Positions 1-9,387 of a DNA stretch of 64,000 bases are shown in pieces. The translations under genes and the position numbers were made by a program. Position 1 is the stretch's first letter. The number at the start of each line of letters is the position of its first letter. Source of the stretch: an uncultured Nitrospinota bacterium (GTDB lineage Bacteria > Tectomicrobia > Entotheonellia > J063 > CAVPRW01); the NCBI GenBank assembly GCA_963707985.1, contig CAVPRW010000003.1:64001-128000 (forward strand), read 5' to 3'. Under the pieces are notes generated by a model. The model was not told the DNA's origin, made no database searches, and saw only the letters and a list, made by a program, of their open reading frames with translations.

Positions 1-717
1 GAACTAACGATCGTTGGCGATTTCGACCCTGAGGCCTGTTTACCGATCCTCACACAAACACTGGCTGGGTGGACGCCGATCAAGCCATACGCGCGCATTG
101 TGACCCAGGCGCCCACCGGGCTTGTCAGCTCTCAGCAGCAGCTCAACACACCCGACAAGGCCAATGCTACGTATGCGGCCGGCATGGTCCTTCCTCTGCG
201 CGACGACGATCCGGACTATCCGGCGCTGGTCATGGCCAACTACATCTTCGGCGGCAGCGCGCTCGATTCGCGCCTGGGTGCGCGGGTCCGCCAGCAGGAG
301 GGATTGTCCTACTCGGTCGGGTCGAACCTCAGTGTCTCATCATTCGACACGCGAGCGAGCCTGACCATCAATGCCATCTGCAATCCGCAGAACATTGACC
401 GGGTGGAAAAGGCTATCCACGAGGAATTCGTCCGTCTGCTGCGTGATAGCGTGACGGTCGATGAACTAGAACGCGCCAAGCAGGGGTTTCTGGAAGCGCA
501 AAAGATCCGCCGGACCATTGACGGCGCACTGGTAGGATTACTTTCCGACCTCAGCTATACCGGCCGCACGATGATCTACCAGGAGGAGCTGGAGGCAAAA
601 ATCGATGACCTGACTCCTGAGCAGGTTGTCACCGCAATGCGAAACTACCTCGACCCAGAGAAGCTAGTCATCGTGACGGCTGGCGATTTTGGCATGAAGC
701 CCGAGGCAGGCAAATGA
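1..717 (+). CDS. M16 (pitrilysin-family) zinc peptidase, C-terminal part; 5' end outside window
   Basis: Frame open from base 1 (ELTIVGDFDP...). Contains DYPALVMANYIFGGSALDSRLGARVRQQEGLSYSVGS and terminal VIVTAGDF, typical of M16 C-terminal domains. Confidence 0.9.
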   Translation, partial: ELTIVGDFDPEACLPILTQTLAGWTPIKPYARIVTQAPTGLVSSQQQLNTPDKANATYAAGMVLPLRDDDPDYPALVMANYIFGGSALDSRLGARVRQQEGLSYSVGSNLSVSSFDTRASLTINAICNPQNIDRVEKAIHEEFVRLLRDSVTVDELERAKQGFLEAQKIRRTIDGALVGLLSDLSYTGRTMIYQEELEAKIDDLTPEQVVTAMRNYLDPEKLVIVTAGDFGMKPEAGK

Positions 718-979
718 GCACATGTGGCCGACGGGGCGTAGGCAACTCGTCGAGATTCCCCGCGCTGTGACAGATTCATGATATAAATCCATAACGCGGA
801 GACGGCACAGGCGTACAAGCTAAGGGCAGTACTTTAGCCTTGCACAGAGACGGCTGAGGTCGCCGACATCGTGTTCGCCAAAGACAGATAGCGACCTGCA
901 GCTGGAGCCCGTCATTGTCGCTGCGGGCGGCCGAGGGCGAGGGCCAGGTCTCCAGTCGTGAGGCGAGATAAGGGAGGGT

Positions 980-1777
980 ATGATGAGCAGCCCCGCATTC
1001 GACATCACTGGGCAGAAAGTGCTGATCACCGGAGGAGGCCGCGGCATTGGCAAGGGCATCGCCCTGGCCTTTGCCGAGGCCGGTGCCGATGTGGCGGTCA
1101 GTGCCCTGACCCCCACCGGGGTCAACCGCGTGGCCGAGGAGGTGCGGGCCCTGGGCCGGAATGCCTTGGCCCTTACCGGCGACGCCACCAAAGCGGCCGA
1201 TATGGACAGGGTGGCGCAGCAGGTGCTGGAGGGGTTTGGCCATCTGGACACGCTGGTGACCTGCGTGGGCGACTCCATCCGCAAGCCGGTCATCCAGCTG
1301 CCGGGGACCGCCACCGCAGGTATGACTGAGGACGAATGGCACTTCATTGTGGACATTAATCTGACTGAGGCCTTTCAGGGCTGCCGTGCCCTGGGCCCCC
1401 ACTTGCTGGCGCGTCGTCAGGGCGCGGTCGTGAACATCTCGGGCTGGGCCTCCTTCCGGGGCCGGGCCGGGTCAGCTGCGTACGACGCGGCCAAAGCCGG
1501 GGTCATGCGCTTCACCGAATCACTGGCCCAGGAGTGGGCGCCCTATGGCGTACGGGTCAACGCCGTGGCCCCGGGCTCCTTCCCCGATCCGGAGCAGATG
1601 TCAGCGGAGGCCTACCAGCAACGGGACGCCACCGCAGCCAAAACCGTCCCGCTCGGACGAGTGGGCCGCCTGAAGGAGGTGGGGTACCTCGCGGTATTCC
1701 TGGCCTCTCCTGCGGCGGCCTATGTCACCGGGCAAACCTGGGCTGTGGACGGCGGGGTGAGCATCCAGAGCCCGTAA
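980..1777 (+). CDS. SDR family NAD(P)-dependent oxidoreductase
   Basis: TGGGRGIG Rossmann motif, YDAAK (YxxxK), VRVNAVAPG, C-terminal VTGQTWAVDGG; GGGAGGG RBS. Confidence 0.95.
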   Translation: MMSSPAFDITGQKVLITGGGRGIGKGIALAFAEAGADVAVSALTPTGVNRVAEEVRALGRNALALTGDATKAADMDRVAQQVLEGFGHLDTLVTCVGDSIRKPVIQLPGTATAGMTEDEWHFIVDINLTEAFQGCRALGPHLLARRQGAVVNISGWASFRGRAGSAAYDAAKAGVMRFTESLAQEWAPYGVRVNAVAPGSFPDPEQMSAEAYQQRDATAAKTVPLGRVGRLKEVGYLAVFLASPAAAYVTGQTWAVDGGVSIQSP

Positions 1778-1912
1778 CCGACCTGACACCCAGGCCTGCG
1801 ACGAGTCGCAAGGTCCTCTCGACGATCTGGTGCGCAACCGACTGGGCCAGCTAGTAGCCCAAATCCAGGAGGTAGTCTTGTTGTGTTCTCGCAACCCAGA
1901 TGTCAGAGCCGT

Positions 1913-3364
1913 TCACCGACGGTCGGCCAGCCCGTTGATGCCTGCCAGATCCCTGGCTAATGCCGCGAAAGGGCTCGTATCATAGGCACTCGCGAGCCGC
2001 TGTTTATTGGTAGCCAGGCTGCTGACGTTGTACATCTCGAACAGCAGCTGGCGAGAGCCGAAGGCGTCGCAGGTATACTCCCAGGCCAGCTTGAGCAAGC
2101 GAAAGTACTCGGGTCCTCCACGATCTTTGCCCACCACATAGCGCTGCAGGAGGGGACCGACCTCGGGGTGGTGCAGGTCGGCATGGCCCGGGGCCATGAG
2201 GAGACCTGAGCCAGACAGCTCGCGTATGCTCTGCAGCAGGTGCGGATAGCGTTCAATAGCGCAGATACGGGCTGCCAGCGCCCTCGTGGGGTCAGGCAGG
2301 GCCAGGCCTGACGCAGACTTAACTGGGTTGCTCTCGGCGGCTTGAATGAGGGCCCGCAGGGTCTCAAGGTAGACCATGGCATCGGCCATGGCCATCTGCA
2401 CCAGGGGCTGGCTGGCGGTGCCGAGGGCGTCGGTGATGGCAGCGCAAAGGCCTAGCAACACCTCAGCCTTGACGGCCATGCGCACCAACACGTACCAGGG
2501 GCCAAGGCCGACAGCGCCCTGAAACACCTGCGCTTCAAAGGTGGGATCAGCGGTCTGGGCGCTCCGCAGGTAGAAGACCCGCTCCCACGGGATGAACACA
2601 TCATCGAACACGACGACAGCGTCCATTTCATCCCAATAGGGGCTGAGGGGATGATCTTCCGGGTTGGGAGGTGTCAACGGTTGTCGACAGACGAGGTGGA
2701 TACCATCGGCGTTCACCGGCGTAGCGAAGTAGACGACTTCCTCGGGCTTGAGATCGGGCCGTGGCGCCGTCAGGCAGAGGAGCTCATTGGCGTATGGCGC
2801 CTGGGTCCCAACCCCCCTGGCTCCGCGCACGATGAGGCCGTCGGGACGCCGTTCCACCACCCGTAAGTGCTCCTGATCGGTCGTGGGGTGGTTGCGATGA
2901 CGCAAAGGATCAGTGAAAATGGTGCCAATACTGACGTCGTGCTCTCGGCAATACTCCACGTAGTGCGTGACGTGGTCGGCGAAAGCCGGGTCCACCTCAC
3001 CCAGGGGGTGTCGCACATCATAGAGTCCGATCACGACCGTGGCCAGGTGCTGTGGTAAGCGGGCCGCAACGCCTCCGGTCCGACGCACGAGGAATTCGTA
3101 CATCTGCCGCTGGCGCGCCAGGTCGTCCACCGAGTGCGGCAGCAGATAGGCCAGGCTCACCAGCTGGCCCGTGGTGGGCGATAGCATGGTCAGCAGATCC
3201 TGCTGCCCCGGGTCATACTGCAGGTCGTAAACTGCGGCCACACTCCGAGCGCAACCGGCCAGCGCAGGATGAGTGGTGACGTCCTCCACCTGCTGCCCCA
3301 GCAGCCACACGCGACGTCCGTCCCTGAGGCTCTCCAGATACTCTTCGCCCCGGCGTATGGGCAT
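1913..3364 (-). CDS. 4-hydroxyphenylacetate 3-monooxygenase (HpaB) family oxygenase component
   Basis: N-terminal GEEYLESLRDGRRVW...DVTTHP, DEMDAVVVFDDVFIPWERVF, FGSRQLLFEMY. Substrate not assignable. Confidence 0.88.
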   Translation of the reverse strand: MPIRRGEEYLESLRDGRRVWLLGQQVEDVTTHPALAGCARSVAAVYDLQYDPGQQDLLTMLSPTTGQLVSLAYLLPHSVDDLARQRQMYEFLVRRTGGVAARLPQHLATVVIGLYDVRHPLGEVDPAFADHVTHYVEYCREHDVSIGTIFTDPLRHRNHPTTDQEHLRVVERRPDGLIVRGARGVGTQAPYANELLCLTAPRPDLKPEEVVYFATPVNADGIHLVCRQPLTPPNPEDHPLSPYWDEMDAVVVFDDVFIPWERVFYLRSAQTADPTFEAQVFQGAVGLGPWYVLVRMAVKAEVLLGLCAAITDALGTASQPLVQMAMADAMVYLETLRALIQAAESNPVKSASGLALPDPTRALAARICAIERYPHLLQSIRELSGSGLLMAPGHADLHHPEVGPLLQRYVVGKDRGGPEYFRLLKLAWEYTCDAFGSRQLLFEMYNVSSLATNKQRLASAYDTSPFAALARDLAGINGLADRR

Positions 3365-3453
3365 ATCCTCACCTCTCGTCTCATTCCGGCGTTATTAGAA
3401 ACCCCATCGTCTTCGTGGAGCAGAAGAAGTCAACGCACATGCGCCTCTAGCAT

Positions 3454-4338
3454 TTATGGCAGGACTTCCGCAATGGCGGAGATGTCTTTCTTCGCCAATC
3501 CCTGCCGTACCGCGGCCTCATACACCGAGATAATCTCAGGCATGCCCAGCGTGGAAATGCCCATCTCTCCAGCGCTACTCTCGATGAGCTTGAGATCCTT
3601 GAGTGCGTGCTCGATCGGGTAACCCGGGCGATAATCCTGGTCTACCGGGTTATTCTGGACCACGTTGTGGAACGGCACACGGGTGCGGACGGCGATGCAG
3701 TCGCCGGTCGATTTGAGCCAGATCTCATGTGTCATGGCCTCGTTCAGCATGACACGTTGCGCCATGCGTGCTGCTTGCACCACACTCACCATCGACGCCA
3801 GATAGATCCAGTTATTGCTCAACTTTGCCACGGCGCCGCTGCCGACCGGTCCACAATGGTAGATATTCGTGCCCAGGACGTTGAGGATGGGGCGCGCCCG
3901 TTCAAAGGCTTCCAGCGCGCTGCCGACCATGATGGTCAGCGTGCCACGTTCGGCACCGATGGTGCCGCCGCTTACCGGTGCATCCAGATATGCCACTTCT
4001 TTGGCGGCGGCTTCGACCTCCAATTCGCGCCGAGTCGCCGGGTCGATGGTCTCCATGCCGATGATCATGCCGCCGCGCGCCATACTGCTGAGCAGGCCAT
4101 GCGTCACCTGCCGCGCCTCATCGGCGTTGCCCACCATGGTGATGCCGATGCTAGCACGACTCCCGACTTCAGCTGCGCTTGGGGCATAGGTGGCACCGGC
4201 TTGGATCAAGCGTTCGACTTCAGGACGCGTCCGCGTGCGGCTATAGATCACCAGTGAGTGCCCAGCGTTCAGCAAGTTCTGCCCCATAGGGCCACCCATG
4301 GCCCCGATGCCAATCAAGCCAATGCGTTCGGCCATCAT
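3454..4338 (-). CDS. Beta-hydroxyacid dehydrogenase (3-hydroxyisobutyrate dehydrogenase family)
   Basis: IGIGAMGGPM, DAPVSGG, GAVAKLSNN and KDL motifs. Confidence 0.92.
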   Translation of the reverse strand: MMAERIGLIGIGAMGGPMGQNLLNAGHSLVIYSRTRTRPEVERLIQAGATYAPSAAEVGSRASIGITMVGNADEARQVTHGLLSSMARGGMIIGMETIDPATRRELEVEAAAKEVAYLDAPVSGGTIGAERGTLTIMVGSALEAFERARPILNVLGTNIYHCGPVGSGAVAKLSNNWIYLASMVSVVQAARMAQRVMLNEAMTHEIWLKSTGDCIAVRTRVPFHNVVQNNPVDQDYRPGYPIEHALKDLKLIESSAGEMGISTLGMPEIISVYEAAVRQGLAKKDISAIAEVLP

Positions 4339-4805
4339 GTCCTCCTATTTTGATCGCAGCCGAGGGTCAGCGTTTTGCTTAGGGCAAGTGGCTCCCACTG
4401 CCGGCTGCGCTTCGTCTGCATGGGCCAGCAAGAGCATACGAGAAAATCTCGGACAACCCCGTCTAGGGGGAAGGGCTTGTTGCGATTGTGCGCGGCTCCA
4501 GCCTCCCGTGTCAAGGGTGGGATGTTTGCGCTCGCGGTCACCTTACTTCCACTCAGAAATGGTCGAGAAGATGAGCTCGAAGCGCGAAGTATTAGACAAA
4601 TCTATCCACAATGTTCAGATCTGAATATTCATGGCCAGATCTCGACAATACCTGAAACCTATTGACATATCACGCGAAATTGTGCGATTCTTCTCACCGA
4701 CGCACTTTCGCTATATGATTCTGCATAGCCACGCCCCGGGATCCTGCTGCTGTGACTCCGAGGCACACTCTATGATTTCAGATATTTTGCCTCAATCAGC
4801 GCATC

Positions 4806-4821
4806 TGGCATCGTCCTTGCT
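4806..4821 (+). promoter_or_regulatory. Putative sigma54 -24/-12 promoter
   Basis: TGGCATCGTCCTTGCT has exact GG-N10-GC spacing with TGGCA and TTGCT, in a long intergenic region. Confidence 0.55.
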
Positions 4822-5086
4822 CAGCCGACTTTTGGGCCAGTTAGGCCACAAGATAAGCCTTCAAATTGGCCCGCTAACACTAATTTACAGTTTCGAGGAA
4901 GAATATCTGCAATACAGATGTAACATGCCTGGGGGTAACAAGACGGACGAATGAACATCGCGAGAGACCGGTCCTCTGCCAGCCCTCCACTCCTGCTGAG
5001 GTGTCTCCATGGTGCGGGTCTGGATGCTCGACGCCATCCGACAATTCGAGGGCGGTCCTACAAACTGATGCCCCTGATAATTTCTC

Positions 5087-5114
5087 TTGACATCTGTACA
5101 AATAATGGTATATA
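5087..5114 (+). promoter_or_regulatory. Putative sigma70 promoter
   Basis: TTGACA-16 nt-TATATA with TGn extended -10, in an AT-rich patch. Confidence 0.4.
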
Positions 5115-6094
5115 GCTATACGGAAACGGTAAAATAATACACCATAGAGTAGTGTGATGTCATCATGGCAAATCCACAGGAAGCGCACTTGAGAATTGAG
5201 CAGGCTTTCCTTTGTGAATCTAGTAGGGTGACTAATACCTAAGCTCCTTGCATCGAGAGGAGAATGCTTCATGGGCTCCCCCCCCCTTCGTTTTTGCCAT
5301 GCTTGTCACGACCATGATCCGTCCTTAACGAATCCTATGCCTTCCAATACCTGCTACCTGCTACTTGATACCTCTGCCATGACCCTCAGCGTTGAGATCT
5401 GTGGCGCTGAGGGGTGGGAAGACATCAAAACATACAGCCAGACTCCACCTGGCTGGTTCGGCCCCTAGCATCACCTGTTCAGGTGGATGTTAACGCAGGT
5501 GAATCCGGATGAATTCATCCGATGTGTTATCATCTGGACTGAGGTGACTCACGACGTCTCCACAGGTGAAAACCTGCCGCTCGACGGTATGATGTTGTGC
5601 TGGCCTGCTGATTATGATACCTCTAAAGCCACCCAGCCCATAGCTAGCGCGTAGGCTCATACGTACCGTCTCGTGCCAGGTTAACCAAACGCTGTTTTCT
5701 GTGCTGAGGGTACCTGCCGGAGTCGCCAAGAACATGGGGCGAAATTTCCCAGTGCAATGTCGTATGGCCTGACACCTTTTACAGCGTGAGAGCCACCGTC
5801 AGCGGGGAATCGAGGCGAGACAACAACCGGCCAGCTGAGACCGACACTACCCCATATAAACCTAGTTGGCTACGCGAAATGCGCCTGGCTTGTCGCGGTA
5901 TCCTATTAAGGATGTGTGCGCTCCCCGGATGGCGACGGATGTTTGGTCCCCCCCAGCGAGGGACGTACCTTGACTGCTCCATGCAAGTGCTGGACAACAG
6001 AAGGAAGAAATGCAGGGGGTAAGAAGCAGATATGCTATGAGTAGTGTTAGTTGAGGTAAGGACGGGGCAGGTAAAGATAAAAGATATAGGACTA

Positions 6095-6275
6095 CGAGAG
6101 AAGCGCCCAGTGAGCGTGGCGGCCCTGACGCTTCTCTCGACGAGAGACGCATCCTCATAGACAATGTGAGGATGCTCCCTCTCTTTTTGTACCTTTTAGT
6201 GTGTATTTAACGAGTATACACAATGGGTACAGCTATTGTCAAGGGCCGCCTTTCTAGGCGGCCCTTTTTTATTTT
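6095..6275 (+). ncRNA. Candidate structured cis-regulatory RNA (attenuator/riboswitch-like leader)
   Basis: Four consecutive hairpins: 6095-6139, 6142-6183, 6188-6231, 6241-6266. Segment 6118-6129 is complementary to the terminator 5' arm, and loop GACAAT (6160-6165) is complementary to ATTGTC (6235-6240). Confidence 0.55.
6241..6275 (+). terminator. Rho-independent terminator
   Basis: AAGGGCCGCCT-TTCT-AGGCGGCCCTT 11-bp stem running into a T tract (TTTTTTATTTT). No convincing CDS ends upstream of it. Confidence 0.85.
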
Positions 6276-6508
6276 GCGGGGAAGAAAGGCATGGATCGCC
6301 TGCCCAGCAACTTGGCGAGGGCACGTCTCTGCCTCGCGAAAGAGGTAATGGCGCTTGGCTGTCGTGCCAAATAGCCAAGGGTCAGTGCGGTGATAGCCGC
6401 TCACACCAAGTGTACCGCAGGAAGGTTGGTCTAACCTGAGGAGTGGTTGCAGAATGCGGTTCGCGTGGGAGATAAGCGGCCAGATAATCTCTACTGGTGG
6501 AGTCAGCA

Positions 6509-7621
6509 ATGATTAAGGGGTTTTACGAAGTCTGTGAACCACTACTCACCCGTCGGCGTTTTTTGCAATTCGCGCTAGCGGCTAGCATGGCGCCGGCATC
6601 TTCTTCTGAGGTTTTGGCTGCCCATGACCCCGACCAGAGGGTGCGGCGATTCATCGAGCGGTATGCGGTTACCCCCCAGGATCCGTGGGCGCTCGTGCAT
6701 GCCATCCGTGGCGTCGGGAGGGGCTGTCGCCTCAATGGAGAGAGTGCGACTGGTTACGTGCTGCGCACCTGCGTGCGGGCCCAGGAAGTCAATAGGCAAC
6801 GGTATCTCTACATTCCAGCCACGATTGAAGTGCACTCGAACATGTTTCTCAAAACATTCCTGGAAGCGGGCGTGCCCCCATCCGAGATGTTCTCGTGTGA
6901 CGGTCGCGTCATGCAACTGAAGGACCTGGCCGATGGGGCCCAAGCGCTCTTCCGCTTTGATCCGCGCACCTTCGATCGCGATGATCTGGCCTGGAGTCTC
7001 ATCGCCTTTGCAGAGCTGGAGGCCCATGCGTGGGACAACGCCTATGGCGAGCGCATTCAGCTCCAGGAGGTCGTACGCTTCGGCTTGCGGGTGATTGACG
7101 AGGCGACCCGAGAGCTCAAACCCTACGTCGCGGCGCATCTGCCGCTGCCCAAGAAGATGCCCATTCACAGCTTTACCTGTGGTGGCACCCACCTGTGCTA
7201 TAGCCTCTTGGTGGCGGCCAAGCACGGATATCTCCAGGCCGGCGGCGGGGACATCCTGCAGGAGCAGTTGCAGATGCTGATCTATCGTCTGCAGGCGGAC
7301 CCCGACCTCATCGATCGCTATTACCGAGAGATATCCTCTGTTCCAGGCGTCGAGGTGTTTCGCGCCGGTGCCAAGCTGAAGGTCCTGGGGCATGCTTTGG
7401 AGTGCCTCGGGTACGCCCAAGCGCATGGCCTCTTGCAACCGAGTCCGCTGGAGAGAACACAGATCGAGCAGGCGGCGCAACAGGTGCGGGGCCTGCTGGC
7501 CTATATTCTCACCCTCGACCTCGCGGCGATCCGACCACGGCATGCCCAACTGGTGCAGCAGGTCATCGGCGATACGTGTCACGCTTTTCGAGGCCTAAGC
7601 TTCTGTGTAGATGGAGGGTAG
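6509..7621 (+). CDS. Hypothetical Tat-exported helical protein with His/Cys motifs
   Basis: TRRRFL twin-arginine motif plus hydrophobic stretch. Motifs WALVHA, EVHSN, HSFTCGGTH, GHALE, TCHAFRGL. Confidence 0.75.
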   Translation: MIKGFYEVCEPLLTRRRFLQFALAASMAPASSSEVLAAHDPDQRVRRFIERYAVTPQDPWALVHAIRGVGRGCRLNGESATGYVLRTCVRAQEVNRQRYLYIPATIEVHSNMFLKTFLEAGVPPSEMFSCDGRVMQLKDLADGAQALFRFDPRTFDRDDLAWSLIAFAELEAHAWDNAYGERIQLQEVVRFGLRVIDEATRELKPYVAAHLPLPKKMPIHSFTCGGTHLCYSLLVAAKHGYLQAGGGDILQEQLQMLIYRLQADPDLIDRYYREISSVPGVEVFRAGAKLKVLGHALECLGYAQAHGLLQPSPLERTQIEQAAQQVRGLLAYILTLDLAAIRPRHAQLVQQVIGDTCHAFRGLSFCVDGG

Positions 7622-7627
7622 CTACCG

Positions 7628-8116
7628 ATGGTTGAGTGGTCACAGCGGCAGCGGGAAAGTGACTGGAGGGGTATTGAGCTTAGCTGGCGAGGCTCCTGCG
7701 CAAGGCGTCGATCGCGTGTATTGCTGGGTGCCTTGCTGGGCTTGGCCTTGCTGGCTTTGCCTTTGGCAGCTCAGGAAGCGGCCAAGGCGGAGCTCGAATC
7801 GGGCTTGCAAGCGCGGGGGCAGACCTTCTGGAGGGCGCGGATCAAGGAGGACTATGCGGCCCAGTATGGCTTGCTGGAGCCAAAGGTGCGCCGTCAGATG
7901 AGCCTGACCGACTACATTAAAGGGCAGGGCCCCCTGCAGTATCTGGAGGCGCGGATTGAGGCGGTGACGATCGAGGAGGCGAAAGGCCTCCTCACGGTGC
8001 GCACCGTGATCCGAATCAAACACCCGCTGCTCGAGCGCCAGCAACAAGAGATGGTCGTTCATGAGGAGTGGGTGAAACGGCAGGGGGAGTGGTATCGCGT
8101 GTATCCCCAGAGCTAG
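7628..8116 (+). CDS. Hypothetical exported protein, possibly NTF2-like fold; true start probably downstream
   Basis: Signal-peptide-like LLGALLGLALLALPLAA-QE; FWRARIKEDYAAQYGLL and EEWVKRQGEWYR. Confidence 0.7.
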   Translation: MVEWSQRQRESDWRGIELSWRGSCARRRSRVLLGALLGLALLALPLAAQEAAKAELESGLQARGQTFWRARIKEDYAAQYGLLEPKVRRQMSLTDYIKGQGPLQYLEARIEAVTIEEAKGLLTVRTVIRIKHPLLERQQQEMVVHEEWVKRQGEWYRVYPQS

Positions 8117-8234
8117 CGACGTCGTCACCAGGCGCGGACGCTCGTTGACGCGTCATTCGCGGCGCTCTACCGCAGGATGGAGCGTCCAGAGGGGAATGGG
8201 GAGGAGCTCTTTTCCTCAGATGCACCAAGACACC

Positions 8235-8265
8235 GAAAGGAGGTGATGGGCGCATGGCGAGATGA
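8235..8265 (+). promoter_or_regulatory. Perfect Shine-Dalgarno with 3-codon uORF (STAB-SD-like element)
   Basis: GAAAGGAGGTGAT (8235-8247) followed by ATG GCG AGA TGA (8254-8265), ~120 nt upstream of the 8367 start, which has its own AAGGAGG. Confidence 0.55.
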
Positions 8266-8366
8266 ACGATGATAGCTGTGGCTTTTCAGGGAGTGGAATG
8301 GTCGTGTTGTCCGAGTAGTCGGTGAAGTGATCGCCGGAGAGTGAAGAGAGTCAAGGAGGTTTACTC

Positions 8367-9320
8367 ATGAGAATGCAATGGAAGAGTGTGGTCATGATCG
8401 CTGCTCTCGCCCTGTCTATGGGCCTTGCAGCCCCTGCGTGGTCAGGGCTCGCGGATCCGATGCTGGAAGAGTACGCCGTGCATGTGATCCCGTTCTACAA
8501 AATCGACGCCAATTGGTCGGCGTTCCTGGTCGTCGCCGACACGTCGTTCCAAGACCTGAGCTACAAGGGCTCGGACATCCACCTGAAGTTCTTTGACGCC
8601 GCGTGCAACTACAAGCAAGACGCGATCGTGGAACCCACCAGGACCGATGCGCAGTTCTTCGCGTTACACGATCCCACCGACGCCAATGGCCAGTTCGGTG
8701 GTCTCGTGCAAACCGCGCCGGAAGGCGTGATCGTGCTGGATGGCTACGGCAAGCGGTTTCTGACGTATGTGCTCCTGGTCAACGGCAACAACAACTCGTT
8801 GATCAGGATCGACTCCATCCCCTGCAAGGGGAAAGAGGGCGACTGCTGGGAAGGCAAAAAGGATGGCACATGGCTGCGCTACAACAGCTATAACACGGTC
8901 GCCGCGACCTTTGGGGACACGGGCGCGTTCCGGACCAACCTGTACTTCTTCAGCGCGACAGGGGACCTGGCGAGAGAACTCGTGAAGTATGGGAAGCCGT
9001 ATGGCGAAGTCGATTGGGCCAGCCGGATCAATTTGGATGGCTATTGTGACGAGATTTACCTGGGCTCCCGCCGACTCGATCTCAAATGCACGCAGCGGCT
9101 GCGTCTGACCTCCTTGAACTTCACCAACCTGAACGTGTTCCCGAACGCGGCGTGCGGTGGTAAGCCAGGCCACATTGAGAGCTGGGCTGTTGACTCCTCG
9201 AACGAATTCGAGAAGAAAGTCTACTCGGGCTTCCAGGAGACGATTGCTGAATTAGTCGCAAACACCAGCCTGATTGGCACCGGCTATCTGCACCACTCCG
9301 ACCCAGCGGAGGAAAAGTAA
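8367..9320 (+). CDS. Hypothetical secreted beta-rich protein with six cysteines (candidate major surface protein)
   Basis: Strong RBS AAGGAGG; Sec signal peptide ending APAWS; six Cys; codons biased to TTC/AAC/TAC. Confidence 0.85.
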   Translation: MRMQWKSVVMIAALALSMGLAAPAWSGLADPMLEEYAVHVIPFYKIDANWSAFLVVADTSFQDLSYKGSDIHLKFFDAACNYKQDAIVEPTRTDAQFFALHDPTDANGQFGGLVQTAPEGVIVLDGYGKRFLTYVLLVNGNNNSLIRIDSIPCKGKEGDCWEGKKDGTWLRYNSYNTVAATFGDTGAFRTNLYFFSATGDLARELVKYGKPYGEVDWASRINLDGYCDEIYLGSRRLDLKCTQRLRLTSLNFTNLNVFPNAACGGKPGHIESWAVDSSNEFEKKVYSGFQETIAELVANTSLIGTGYLHHSDPAEEK

Positions 9321-9387
9321 GCCGAATCGTTGCGCCAACGGCATACCTAGAACCACGCCCGCAGGCCGGCCACTGGGCCTGGGGGCC

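Noticed and set aside
4880..5272. 130-aa minus-strand ORF and other short ORFs in 4.3-6.4 kb
   Set aside because: Atypical composition, no recognisable motif, and overlap with promoter-like sequence.
6095..6275. Known riboswitch (c-di-GMP, TPP, cobalamin, SAM, T-box) or tRNA
   Set aside because: I could not find the conserved cores of these classes or a tRNA T-loop by eye; an Rfam search is still needed.
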